Source: Flaccisagitta enflata (Eukaryota). From it: DNA of 64,000 nt. This document shows, in pieces, positions 19,001 through 32,400 of this stretch. The stretch lies in assembly GCA_965153355.1 (NCBI GenBank), contig OZ231126.1:5704001-5768000 (forward strand). Direction: 5' to 3'. A program made the translations under genes and the position numbers. Position 1 is the stretch's first letter, and every line of letters starts with the position of its first letter. The notes beneath the pieces were generated by a model. The model had not been told where the DNA came from. It saw only the letters and a list, made by a program, of their open reading frames with translations, and did no database searches.

Positions 19001-20054
19001 CTCTTCCTCGTCTGTTAGACCAATAAGAGAACAATAAAAGAACAATTAGGCTTCACTACTCTTGCTCGTCTGTCAACAATTAACAATCAATGACCAAAGA
19101 ACAATTTAAGGACAAAACGCTGTAAATCTGATTGAGACAGACAACGAATTGTTATGACACGAATTTGTAAAACTATGAACCGTGAACGCGTCCCCATTCT
19201 TACTCAGCTCTTAGTTGTACTTGCTCTGTACCTTTCTTACCTCGTGATCAATTTTGGCGTTTTCTGCGGCGTATCGTCGTCGTCATCATTTTGATCATTA
19301 TCTTGATCATTACGAGTTTGCGGCGCTTTTCTCTTTTCGCCGATGAGTGAAGTTGCCGCGGTTGGGGGATTGAGCATCGTGTTGGTAATTCTACCACCAC
19401 CTTGAGAGCCGCCGCCGACGACGACACCACCACCGACCTTACTACCACCACCACCACCACCGCTAACAACACCACCACCACCGGCATCCCCTCCGACGAC
19501 ACCACCGATGTCGACGACGGAATGTACCAGCCTTGTCGGCTTCGCATTGGAGGTGGTCAGTTTCTTCGGCAATCTGTAGTCATTAAGAACTCGCTTGTTT
19601 TGACTGACCAGTCTTCGAACGGCCGAATTGAGTTGCTTCGTTTTCGTCGCCGTCGTTGAGTTCAAATCCGTCGGCGAACTCAAAACTGTTTTTTGAATAA
19701 ATCAAATCAAACATATGAAAATGTTTGGAAAAATATGAAGAAGCCAACAACAACCAGTTGACAACTGACAAGTTTTCACCGCAAATGGAACAGACGAAGA
19801 ATCAAATCATGTTTTAAGGCCTATATGTTATACTTAAATCATGTTCTCATGAACCCATCGTCAATATTAGCAGTAGCAGTAGCAGTAAGAAATGGAAAAT
19901 CACCGTTCAATTGAGTCCCGTCTTGAGCGGCCGTGAATCCAAGTTGTTGCGGCAGTAGCCTCAATCCCTGCGAATCGCTGAATGCCAGGATCAAGTTCGA
20001 TCCAGTCAGCAAACTGAGATCCCCTGAGATGATCTGCGAATTTGGAAATTCCAT
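16025..20054 (-). CDS. ZNF839: ZNF839-like protein (single C2H2-like finger plus DUF4764-like region), about 999 aa
   Basis: Exons 20054-19904, 19685-19241, 19011-18953, 18650-18112, 17935-17723 and 17617-16025 (3000 nt, in phase); start context gccATGG. Motifs follow the ZNF839 order: TRRGRVVKP, CPHLDCIKAYVSAKLLRRHLERYPSH, KCTDQEFLEVIL...SPFDFLLLK, FERLHEQVAAVCQ. Confidence 0.75.
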
Positions 20055-20787
20055 GGCTGACGATCACGGAGGGCCGAGCCTGACGCGCGTTGATGAATGG
20101 AGTTTTACATCCTAGCAGTGGCAGCTCTTTTTGAGGCCTTAGATCAATGACTGGAGGAACGGATAACATCTACTAGATATTGACGAGATGCTCTAAAAAT
20201 ATAAAGAAAAGGTTCTTTTAATAAGGCAGGTCCGAGACAAAATATGAAGAGCCAAAAAAACGTTGAGAACAATTCATAAATAAATGTTGACATGTAAGTT
20301 AACTACGGCCTGCTATGTAGATAAAATACGTTATGGAGAGTCAAATACTGGATATGAAACGCGCTTTACAAAACGATCATTTTTATAGAAAATTTTAACA
20401 AAGAATGAACGGTAATTCTGGTAAAACAATTCTGAATAACTCAGAATTCATGTATTCTTTCCATTTTCAAAGAGTTAAATGGTATCAAGCACGATTGTGA
20501 AGATAAGGCACGTCGGAAGGGAAAATGCGAAATGTATGGACGGAAATAAGTAGGTCACCAACGAAATCTCAACTCAAGTTTCATCACTCTTATGTAATAG
20601 ATCGATGTGGAATTGTGAAATTGTGGACGGAGGAACTCGAGTCGCGATGTAGGATGAGGCCGAATGGTGAAGGCATGGCCGTGGCGCGTTGTTTCTTAGT
20701 AATACAAATGGGGGGGACTTGTCTTTTTCACCGTCGATAGCGAATCAAGCTGACGTCGCATCGTTTAGGTTATTGTTGCCGCTGATG

Positions 20788-23700
20788 TCAAAGACCTTCC
20801 AAATCCTCTTGTAAAAGCGACGCCCGCTGGTTCAAACTTTGAACCTGGAGGAAAGGAGGACGAAGAAAGCTTCATCATTAACAATTACGTCACAACCCTA
20901 ATAACAACGTCACTACATCAAATCAACACTAACGATATGGCGTCATAACCAACAAATTAACTCATTCATCGACACTATCTGCGTCATCACAAGATCCTCA
21001 ATGTCACCCCTAACGGACATAGCATCATCAATGACATAAAATCTCGTGAATGTCATAAGATCAACAACGTCGTTGTCTCTGAATGTTCCTGCCACAAAAA
21101 ACCCTCGATCAACGTTTTGAACAAAATGAACTTCCAAGTTTCTTTAAGGTGTCGATTTTGTTCGGTTTTGATGGACTGACCGTGTGGCTTACTTGGATCT
21201 TGAGGGATGCGATTGTGTCTTCGAGTTGAGTCTTGAGGTCTGCCGGCAACATTGTGGACAATTTCTCTTCGTGTTCTAACCGAAGTTGAGTCATTCGATC
21301 TTCAAAGTCTAACTCTTGATGCTCCAAACGACGCTCGAGACTACCCAGCTTGCCCTAAGGGAGGGGATAGATGGGAGGAGGAAGAGGAAAGAAAGCGTCA
21401 GGAGAAAGGACAAGGGAAGAGGAGGAAGAGGAAAGAGAGGGGTGGGGGAAAGGGCAAGGGAAGAGGAAAGAGAGGGGCGGGGGAAAGGGCAGGAGAAGAG
21501 GAGGAAAAGAAGAGTAATGGGCGGGGGAAAGGGCAAGGGAAAGGGCAAGGGAAAGAGAGGGGCGTGGAAGAAGGGCATGGGAAGAGGAGGAAGAGGAAAG
21601 AGGGGCGGGGTAAAGGGCAAGGGAAGAGGAGGAAGAGGAAAGAGGGGCAGTGGTGGAGGAAGAAGAGTGAAAGCGGCAGGGGAAGAGGAGGAAGAGGAGA
21701 GAAAGCGACAGGGAGGAGGAAGAGGAGAGAAAGCGGCAGGGAAGAGAGAGAGAACATAACCGGAGGGAAACAGGGGAATGAATAGGAAGAGTTGAGAGTA
21801 CAGGAATGAGTATTATGATTTGAGTTTGGACCCCGATTTGATGAAGGTGTTCGCGACTTAATGTAAGTACAAAGTAGTTAGCATGGAAATGTATTGGTAA
21901 TGGATCGATGTCAAGGTGAGGATGGTCGGATTGGAATGGATGGAAATGTTATGTTAGGTAAACAGGCAGCATTGCCTTCATTTTTCTAACGACTCTGATC
22001 TTACTTTAAGTATCTCGACGTGTTGCTGTTGGTTGAGAACTTCTGTGAGCCCGTTTCTTCTTTCAAACTCAACGTCGGTTTTGTGACGTTCCAATTCCTC
22101 TTCCAGACGAATTCGATGAGCCTCGTCTTAAGACAATGGAAACGAAAAAAAAAATATTTGATAGAAATTCTTTTTGGTGCTTTGATGAAATAGAGAATAA
22201 AGATCCTATACCTTGCTTAAACTTTAGGTGCCTCCACACGCTAAATTAGCGATCCGTTTGTAGTCCAAAAGCCTCAACCGATTTGTGACAGTGCAACGTA
22301 ATGAACAGGCGCTTAAAACAAGCGCTTACCACAGCTGACCAATAACCAACCCCGCAAAACTTCGTCAATCTCCAGGATTTCCCAGGTTAATAGTCTTCTT
22401 CTTCTTGTTACCTTTGTTGTCCATTTCCGCGTTGAGTCGGTTGACTTGAGCGACGATTTCTTTGTTTTTGTTGATTTCTTCTTCCATTCTCCTTCGATAT
22501 TCATCCTCGATCTTCTTCAATTTGACTCCGGCGTTGGTCAACGTCGACTCCATCTCCTCCGCGTGAGAGCGAGCCAGAGACAATCTACAAAGCGAAAGAG
22601 AAAACAAAAGTCACTATCAACCTCATATGCATATTGCAGTGAGATGGGGTTAGGGATAGGAGGATTAAAGCATCCAGGGATACTTCCCCGTCGCCAGGCA
22701 AAAAAAGATTCGTTAAAGCGAAGTGATCTTAATTGGTCACTTCCATTGCATTCAGTAACGTTTCTCTGTGTTATATGATCATACAGACCAATTTAGGTAT
22801 GCTAAGCCTCTACTGTTCCATTTGTTCTATATTACTTTTAAAAAATCGGGAATAGCTGAACGTTTGCAACTCTATCTCCGCTTTAAGTCTCTAATCTCTA
22901 ATTTAAAGCGTCCCCTAAGAGATCTGCTCTCTACCGTTAAGGGACGTGTAAAATAATAACCCGATCAGATGGAAAAGCAATGGTTCTTTCCATTTACATA
23001 ATCAAAAGCATCCCCTAAAGGATCTACTTTTTACCGCAAGGGGACACATAAAAAAATTAGCCGATCAGATGATAGTCGCAAAAGCGTTAGATGGTCGGCG
23101 GTACCCGTGCCCTGCCTAAGTAGGTTATGGTTAAATTAAGGGGGGAGCAGGGCAGCGGCCCCGAAGGGGTCGATGACCTTTGCTTTCACACGTATTGGGG
23201 ATTTTCTCCTTCTCCTTCTCCTCCTCCTCCGTCCCTCCCTCCTCAATCCCAGTCTTGAGGCCAAAATCCCAGCCTCAAGGCCCAAATCCTAGACTCAATG
23301 CCCAAATCCTAGCCTGGAGGCTGAGATATGGGCCTCAAGGCCGGGATATGGGCCTCAAGGCCGGGATCTGGGCCTCTTGGCTGAGATTTTGACGTTGAGG
23401 CTGAGATTTGGGCCTCATTACTGAAATCTGGGCCTCCAGGCTAGGATTTGGGCTTTGAGGCTGGGATTTCAGCCTCGAGACTGGGATTTGGGCCTCGAGA
23501 CTGGAATTTGGGCCTCCAGACTGGGATGGGGGGGGGGACGTAGAAGAAGGAGAAGGAGAAAATCCCCCATACGTGTGAAAGCATAGGTCCTCGACCCCTT
23601 CGGGGCCGCTGCCCAAAAAAGCAGTAGCGCGTGGGATCGCAAAAGAAACAGCATAGATAATTTCAAATTAAATCGCTCAAATTGACTAACAGACAACAGA

Positions 23701-26700
23701 ACTAAGAGGGGATAGGGAATCGGCCAATCAGCCGGAAAAGGGAGGGGAAGAGATATACGTTAGGTGAAGGTTGCCAAATTGCACTCCCAGTAAAGTTAGT
23801 GATATCAGCTCAGATCTTAAACTGCTTAAAGTAATCTTAATACAGGGAATACCGCGCCAACCGGGACAAAAGAAAACAACATATTTTCTCTTCTGAAAAT
23901 GACAAATTTGATTTGAAAACAGATTCTAGTAGATCTTTTAAACCGATTTTATTTCATTAAGAAAAACCATAACTGAATAGTACACTGAAAGCACACAAAA
24001 AGATGGAAAAAAGCCAAAATTTGACAAATTTCTTGTAATTTTTTCAAAAAATGCGCTAAGTACTTCAATCGTACACTTCTTTTGTTAACTATTGCAACAA
24101 AGATTGGATTAAAAAACTTGGATTTGTCTTAAATTGAATGGGGAATCAATATAGTATTATGAAAAAGCTTGGGTTTCTTTCGTTGAAATTTTTCACTCAA
24201 TTGAAGAAAAAAATCAAAAATCCAACTATTTCATCAAGAAACTCGGTTAAATTTTCAAAAATTATTAAAAATAGGCAATTGGAATGGTAGAGTATGAAAC
24301 TACATCGAATCATCTATCATTCAAGACCAATCCCAGCATAGTAGCTCGATTTGTCTAGATTTGGCAAGAGTATGAAGAAATGTTGTTAAAACATAACAAT
24401 CACAAATTTTTGCAATTTCAGATTTCATGATTTACATAAGAAGTGATACTAAGGCCAAAGTATTGGTCGACAAAGTTTATAGATAACAAAATCGGTTCTA
24501 AAGCTCTCTCTGGAACTGTTGTCAGAATTGATCCACCATTTTTAGATGCAGAGATATGTCGTTTTCTTTCGTCCCGGTAGGCGGGGTATTCCCTGTATAA
24601 CGGAGACGGAAAAGTATTTTCAATAAGTTTTTTTTTCGACAGAAGCTAATGAACTTACCTTTGCTGTTCCAGTTGTGATTTGTGCTTCCTTTCCGCCTCT
24701 TCGAGGGATCGTTTGAGGTCACGTTCCGTCTTCTCGGCTTCTTCGCCAACTTTGGCCAATTGGCGTCGGTTTTCGTCGTGAATCTCGATGATTTGTTGGC
24801 GTAATTCCTTCACCTGATCGTCAGTCATCAGCCAGAAAGAGGAACAATTAAGTGAATTATGGTGGAAACAATTCGAATTAACATCACAGCATATTTAATG
24901 ATATCTGTTTTAAGTGCGGCATAAGAGAGAAATTGTAAGCCGGGACTCGGAATTAGGACTGGGCATGGAAGGACTGGAGATTGGGACACTTGAATTACAC
25001 TTTTTTTATAAGGACCAGTAGATTTTTTCTGAGGGCGGGATATCCTTAAATCTTCACAAATTTTAGGCTGAAATATTCTTAACGTGTCCTTAATTTTTTT
25101 CTATGATTTTCTTATAATTATGTTATACTCATTGAAATAATGGAAGTACAGTATGAGTAAATACAAGTTAATGATAACAATCACTGTTTTATATTTGTTT
25201 ATAATAGGAAAATGTAAATTTAACTTTAAGAAATTTCCATTCTGCGTAGATAAGGTTATTTTCTCAAAGATTTTGCATAATGACCATTTAAATCATCAAA
25301 TATACAAACTTATTTACAAATTTGAAGCTGGGCTTTGTCCTTAAAATGTCCTTAATTTCTAGCAAAATTTCAGCCTCATGTCCTTATGAAGTTTGTCCTT
25401 ACTCAAAAAAAAGAGTGTAGGGACGCTTGACCTGGCGAAAAACAGCTCTCTTCAGATTCATCTTCACGACTTACAACATATGTAAGGGGTTATAAATATC
25501 ATTATAAGATTTAATGCATTGGTGTATGAGACTTGAGATTGTGAAATCAGTGATTGGAACGTGAGACAAGGGGGGAATTGAAAGGATAGAACTTGGGGAT
25601 TTATAAATAGATTTTGTCCTTGTACTTGAACTCGAACTTTGGATTTTGTGGGTCCTATGGCTAAGGATCGAACCTGTTGGTCAAGTTCTGCGATGGCGGC
25701 ATCATCGATTTCTTTCTTAGCCACGTGATCGTCCACCAATCTCTCTATTTCTCCAAAATGTAAACTCCTATCAGAAAATGGGAGAACGCAGATATTCTTG
25801 AGGATGATTAAGGATGGCAACAAAGGGACAACAAAAGATAAGCGAAAATCATCATGCGTAATTCTCACTTGAGTTGATCCATTTCGTCATCTTTGGATTT
25901 GAGCAAAACTTCTTTTTCCATCGCGGCATCTTTGGTAAGCGTCAGTTTTTGTGTCTCCACCTCGCTCCTCAAACGCTCAATCTGATTTTAAAGGCGGCAA
26001 CAAGTTACCCGGGGGTTAAAATAACATCTCTGATGGATGGGCAGTCGCTGGGCACTGGGCAGGGGCGTACAACCCAATCCCCCCCACATCCACATACAAT
26101 CATTTATTCAGCACCTGAAATACGCGTTTTCATACTTTAAATTCCCCCTCGGGCATCAAAAATGGACGGACCAACGTGACGGACGGACGGACGAAAGCTT
26201 TAAGAGTTTCGAGTCTGCGACTAAAAATCGTCAGCAAACACACATCAGCTATGAATCATGACTGCAACGACAACAATAACCATGACGCAATGACAAAGTA
26301 ATGACACAGAACTGATAATATTATTAACGCGATATAAAGGTCATGGCAGCGGTAAGAGAGCCTCTAACAATAACATTGACACATGTACATGAAAACAACC
26401 GTCCCACACAAGGTAAAACATCTCATCTTATCGAACTGACATTCATCAGTTACCTCTCTCTCGGCGCATTTTTTCTCCTCTTCCATTTGTCTTTTCATCT
26501 CCTTGGATTGCTTCTCCCTCAGCACTCTCGATGTTTCCAAGTCCGCCTCGACGGCCTTCATTTGCTGTTGCATTTCCTTGAAGTTTTTCGCCGCCGTCGC
26601 TTCCATTTGACTCTGAATGTCGGTAAAATTTGATAATAATTTTTTTTGCTCTTTTGTTTATCGTAGTGGGGCAAGGGGACTGCAATAGAACAAGGCCGGA

Positions 26701-29378
26701 TACACGGCCATCAGTTGCGGACGGGTGGGCAGGGGCGGAAATAAGCGATTTCCCACTTTTCAACTCGAGCGTGACGGACCGACCAACCGACCAACGGACG
26801 GACGGACAAAGCCTCTTATAGAGTTGCGTGTCCGCAACTAAAAACTTGACGCTGCTGCAAAATACATAATCGTAATTACCTACATCACCAAACCTAATCC
26901 TAAATGACATCAAAGTTAAACACAAACCAACCCCAACACTAAGACAAACCAACCCCCCTCCCTCCCTCCCCCCCCCCCCCGAGTTCTCCGGACCCAAAAA
27001 AAAACATAGGTCTAAATACCAAAACTCCAACAAAACCTGAAATTCTCTCAACGCGTTCTCGGAAGAGCAAGTTTGCAGCTCTAATTCCGACTTGAGCCTT
27101 TCGCATTCTTTGCGTTTACTTTTCAGATTTTCTTCCAAACGCGCGTTCTTTGTCTGTAATTCGCTCTCCTGTCAAGGGGTTTTGAAAACGAAAAGGGATT
27201 GACATGAAAGTCACGAGAAGCAATGCGGACCGAGCTATTGTGTTTCAACAGAGACAAAGAAGCAGTCAGGTACAAGTTGACAACGAAAAAAATATAAAGC
27301 CTTAAGATTGCAAAACAAAGATATCGCGCTTTCCCAATTCTTCTTCAACCCCCCCCTTTTCTCGTCGAGGATGTACCTGTTGCGCGGCTTTTCTTTCCAT
27401 TTGTTTGGCTTCGGCTTCGACTGTGGCGATGTTGGCTGCGAGTTTGTCTATGGCTTCTTTGTGTTCTTGGGCTTCAACATCACCACGTTGCCTCTCACGC
27501 TTCAAATTCTCAACGTCTTCTTCGCTGCGGCGCAATTTCTCCGTCGTCGAGGACAACTCCTGACGAAGCAGTTCAACGGCGGCCCGATGACTCGCTGAGG
27601 ACTGTTGAAGACTCGTCTGTCATAGAGAAAATTGGAGAATGTTTCATGTGATAGAGAAAGGTCACTTTACTATGGTGTAATTGCGCGGCATCAACAACAA
27701 TGTACTGCACAGAAAAAGCAAGTTCGTCAATTTTTAACGCCATAATAACATGAAAGTATGCCTCCCCCAAAATTTTATTGGAATGATAGAAACTGCAAGT
27801 CCCTTGTTCCAAGTAGTAAGCGGACACACAACCGTTTCAAGTTATGAAAATTATCGTTGGAAAACGACGTATTTCCGCTCTAAAATGAGTTTGATATACA
27901 TAGCTTCACTGTTATGTACTCGGTTATGAGCAGTTTATATGTAAACATAGGCAGATATATGATTAAACACACATGAGACGATCAGGAAATGATGAAAAAG
28001 CGATGAAAAACACAAAACGCAATCGTTAGAAAATGCAAAAAAACTCTTAACTTTGAACCTACAGGCGAGGGTCTAGAATTTTTTCCGTCGGCGAGCTTCA
28101 TACATATATGATAGAGGAGACTTTAATCTGCCAGAGACTGTTTTCAAAAAATATTTTCTCCGATGCGCACACTTTCTACCAATCGCGTCTTTTCATGGCC
28201 TGTTAGTATAAAAACCTCTGAGTGGTTTGAAAGCTTCAGGAGGAAGTTTGCGGAAACAAACGAGGATTTTAACCCGAGTTCTGTTTAATTAACGCTGTCT
28301 GTGATACCTTAAAAACAACCGCGATTGGCATTTTTTTGAACATATATCTTTAAAAATGCCTAATGAAGCCTATTTAAGTAATATTCTCCCCAAAAGTGAC
28401 CCTGAATTTTTAAGCATCCCCTTACTATTCCAAGAGAGTCGTTTTTAGGTGCGACAAAGCACTTCTATAAATGGCTGTGTCCGTCGGTCGGTCGGTCGGT
28501 TGGTTGGTAACGCATTTGTTCGAAGATCCACACGTCGCACCTTAATGGCCTACTTAGCCCTGTTCCTTGGAATATGGACAAATGAGCCTATTGCTGTATT
28601 CCTCCAACTCAATCTCTGCGAACCTTCTTAATTCCCCGACATGTTCTGGAGCGATCTCACTCTCTCTGATCCCCCGCCCCAACCTCCGGGCCCCTATTCA
28701 CAGTTTCCAAGACAACACGGCATTTGATCAACAGATTTGCCCAGAGCCTGCTCTTCCCCAACTTCCGGCCTCACCTCGAATTCTTTCTTTTGCGCTTCTT
28801 GGTTTCTGTCCATTTCGTTGTTCTTTTCTTCGGCCTGCCTTAATTTGGCCGCCAAGTCGTCGCTTCTCGCTTCCATCATCGCCATCTCTTGGATCATTCG
28901 TTGACGACTAGAGGCGCTGATCTCAGCATCTTCGGTTAGCGTCGCAATCCTAAGAGAAAGTTTGTTTGTTGACCATTAATGGCGCTGATCTCAGCATCTT
29001 CGGTTAGCGTCGCAATCCTAAGAGAAAGTTTGTTTGTTGACCATTAAAGGCGCTGATCTCAGCATCTTCGGTTAGCGTCGCAATCCTAAGAGAAAGAGTT
29101 TATTTGTTGACCATTAGAGGCGCTGATCTCAGCATAATTGTCAGCAACGCAATCCTAAGAGAAAGAGTTAATATCTCTTGGATCATTCATTGACGACCAG
29201 AGGCGCTGATCTCAGCATCTTCGGTCAGCGTCGCATTTCTGTGATAGAAAGAGAAAGAAAGCGGGAAAGAATGAAAGGAAGGAAGAAGGACAGAAAGAAA
29301 GAAAGAAGGCAAGAAAGAAGGCAAGAAAGAAGGCAAGAAAGAAGGCAAGAAAGAAGGCAAGAAAGAAGGCAAGAAAGC

Positions 29379-29448
<70 letters not shown>

Positions 29449-32400
29449 AAAAGACAGAAAGAAAGAGAGAAGGGCAAAGCAACGGAAGGCGAAATGATGG
29501 AAACGTTCAGAAAGCGAAAAAAAAAGTTGTGCATTCTGGGCCACAAAGTTACAATTGTTTATTAGCTGACGCCTTAACAGCTCATTGGCGCCGTTGAAGG
29601 AAGTAGCTCACAAAAGATCTTCGTGAAATCAGTTTTTCTGTCCCCAATCGCGTCCGCAAAGATGAACAAGTCCAGGGCTAACGTATCGGCGGTCGATGCA
29701 AAACCATCGGCAGTAACGAAACCATCGGCAATAGCAACGGGGAAGCCTTCATCGACGCATCCTTTGAACGCGATGAAAAAGACGACTTCGACGGGATTAA
29801 AGACGACCACGACTTACGATCCCAACTCACTCACCGATGATTCTTTCAGCACTTACTCCGAGGTCTCAAGTCATAGTTCTTATACACTTTTTTTTATAGG
29901 AACGTAATTTTTTTTTGAAGGCTTTATTTTCTTATTTTGGAGGTCAAATAAAGCCTTTAATGTTCTTAGAGCGTTCTTAATTAAAAATACTATATAAACT
30001 ATAAGGAACTTTATAATATACTATTATTTGATTATATTAGATATATTTCTATTGAATACTATTAAAACAAATGCTACACATTAATGTCTGGGGATATTTT
30101 CTTAGTATTCATATCAAAAATTATAAAATTTTTATTATAATCATACTAAAATATTAGTGTTTTGTTAATGTTATTTTAAGCAAAATTTTTTTTCTCAAGA
30201 TTTAAAGCCTTTGTATATTCTTAAGATGTTCTTGATTTTTGGGCCTTTGAAGCGTTGATGTTCTTATAAACTAGGTTCTCATGAAAGAAAAGTGTACATG
30301 AATACATTGAAAATAAGACAAGCCCAGGAAGGCCAAGGATGTACACTTACACGCGTAATACAACGAAGATTTCAAAAACTGTAAAAAAAGTTACCACCTC
30401 TACCCACAGCTTATGACAAAACTTCCACAGGATCATATGGGGTATCATTCTGTAGCTTGTCACAGTATAATTTACGCCACGGAGGCGATTTTTTAATGTC
30501 GCTCCCATTCTACCCCAAACATTGGCGGCGGACACCCCCATTGGCGGCGGTAAAACAAGGCCGGATACACGGTAATCCAGTCGCGGATGGTTGGGCAGGA
30601 GCAGTAATGCAAAAACCGCTCGGAATTCAAAAATGTGACGGACGGACCGACATACCGACCTACCGAACGACACGGCAAGGTGTAGAGTCGCGTGTCCGCG
30701 ACTAAAAATCCGCCTTTTGGAGAGAATATCTCTTGAAGACTTGAACGGAGGCGAAATTTAAAATTCGCCTCGGTGGCGTAAATTCTATTGAGATAAGCTA
30801 TTGAATAAAACGGTTAATACCATACACGACCATGTGGCTACGGCGACATGAGCTGCAGCGGGGGGGCTAAACCTTTTCCGTAATCTTCACGTTGTATTCA
30901 ACGTGCGTGTGTATTTATGAACATGTATTGATAAATGAAATGTATAATTGAATAAAATGATAAATGATCAGATTGTAGCAGCTTTTTCAGTAAAAAAAGC
31001 CTCAGATTTTAGGCGATGAATATTTGCATGACCAACAGGCCGACCGACCAACAGATACAGTCTCATATAGAGAAGGCGAGGACGAGGATCTAAAACGTCA
31101 GTTTCAAATGACGAATTAGTTTGAATTGACGATATAGATTATTCCAACCAAACAGAGATAGCTTACAAAAGAAATTGCTCTGAGATATCAAGCCACCAAA
31201 CATGAGCCAAGGCCCCAGGGATATTAATAAGATCAGTGCAGATATGGACAAATTGTATAAAACATAGTGTGTTGTAAATTCCACTCATATTCAGTAATTG
31301 CAATGACCTTCCCACTCCCAGAGTCGTACAGAGGCAATGAAAATACAACGAGAGGAGCAGCCAAAATCTCTAGCAACCCCCCCCCCCCTGCAGCTTAAAT
31401 AATCAATATTACATAAATTTTTAAAATAACAGCTGATAGTTTGTCCTAATAAAATTCCCGCAATCAGAGCAATTTTTGCATTTGAACCTAGTTTTCAAGA
31501 AACAGCGGTTCTAAGGGTCAAAATCAACCATTTTTGCAAATATTGAATTTTACCTTTTTATGACTATTATTTTAGATATTAAAAGGAAGTTAAAAAAATC
31601 GCCTTGATGGCGGAAATTTTTATGACTATTATTTTAGGTATTAAAAGGAAATTAAAAAATCGCCTTGATGGCGGAAATTAAATTGTGGTATACTATCAAC
31701 TGCCACTTCACTTACCCCTGTTACATATATAATAATAGCAGCCCAAAGGCGGTAAGTGGTCAGCGGTACCCGTGCCCTGCTTGAGTAGTATGTGATTTGC
31801 TGAGAGGGAGCAGGGCAGCGGGCCCCGGGACGAAGTCTCAGAACACACAACTGGCCGTCCGCCCGTCCGTCCATCTCTGTCCCCCCTGCCCCATCCTCTG
31901 TCTCCTTCAGAGCTATTTTGACCCCAACCTGCAATCAAATCCAGCAATATGGCCCAAATCTTAAAAATGAGTCAAGATATAGCTCAATTCAAGCAAAATG
32001 GCCCAAATCTGGTCATAATCTAGGTATTGGAGGCCAAAATGATGGACCTCAGGCCAGAATTAGGGTTTTCTGGCAAGATTTACGCCATTTTGCTTGGATT
32101 TGGGTCATTTTGCTTAAATTTGGGCCATATTGCTTGGATTTGGGCTATTTGGCAGAATTAGGGTCAGAATAGGCCCCAAAGGAGACGAAGCCCTGAGGAT
32201 GGGGCAGGGGGGGACGGACGGACGGACGTACGGACGGACGGACGGACAGATTCCCCCTGTGTTCTACAGGACTTCGTCCCCTTCGGGGCCGCTGCCCAAA
32301 AGCTGCAGGGGGGGGGTTGCTAGAAATTTTGCGGCTCCTCGCATTGTATTTTCATTGCAACTGTACTCCTCTGCGGGCTGAATGGCTTCTCCTTCCTGTA

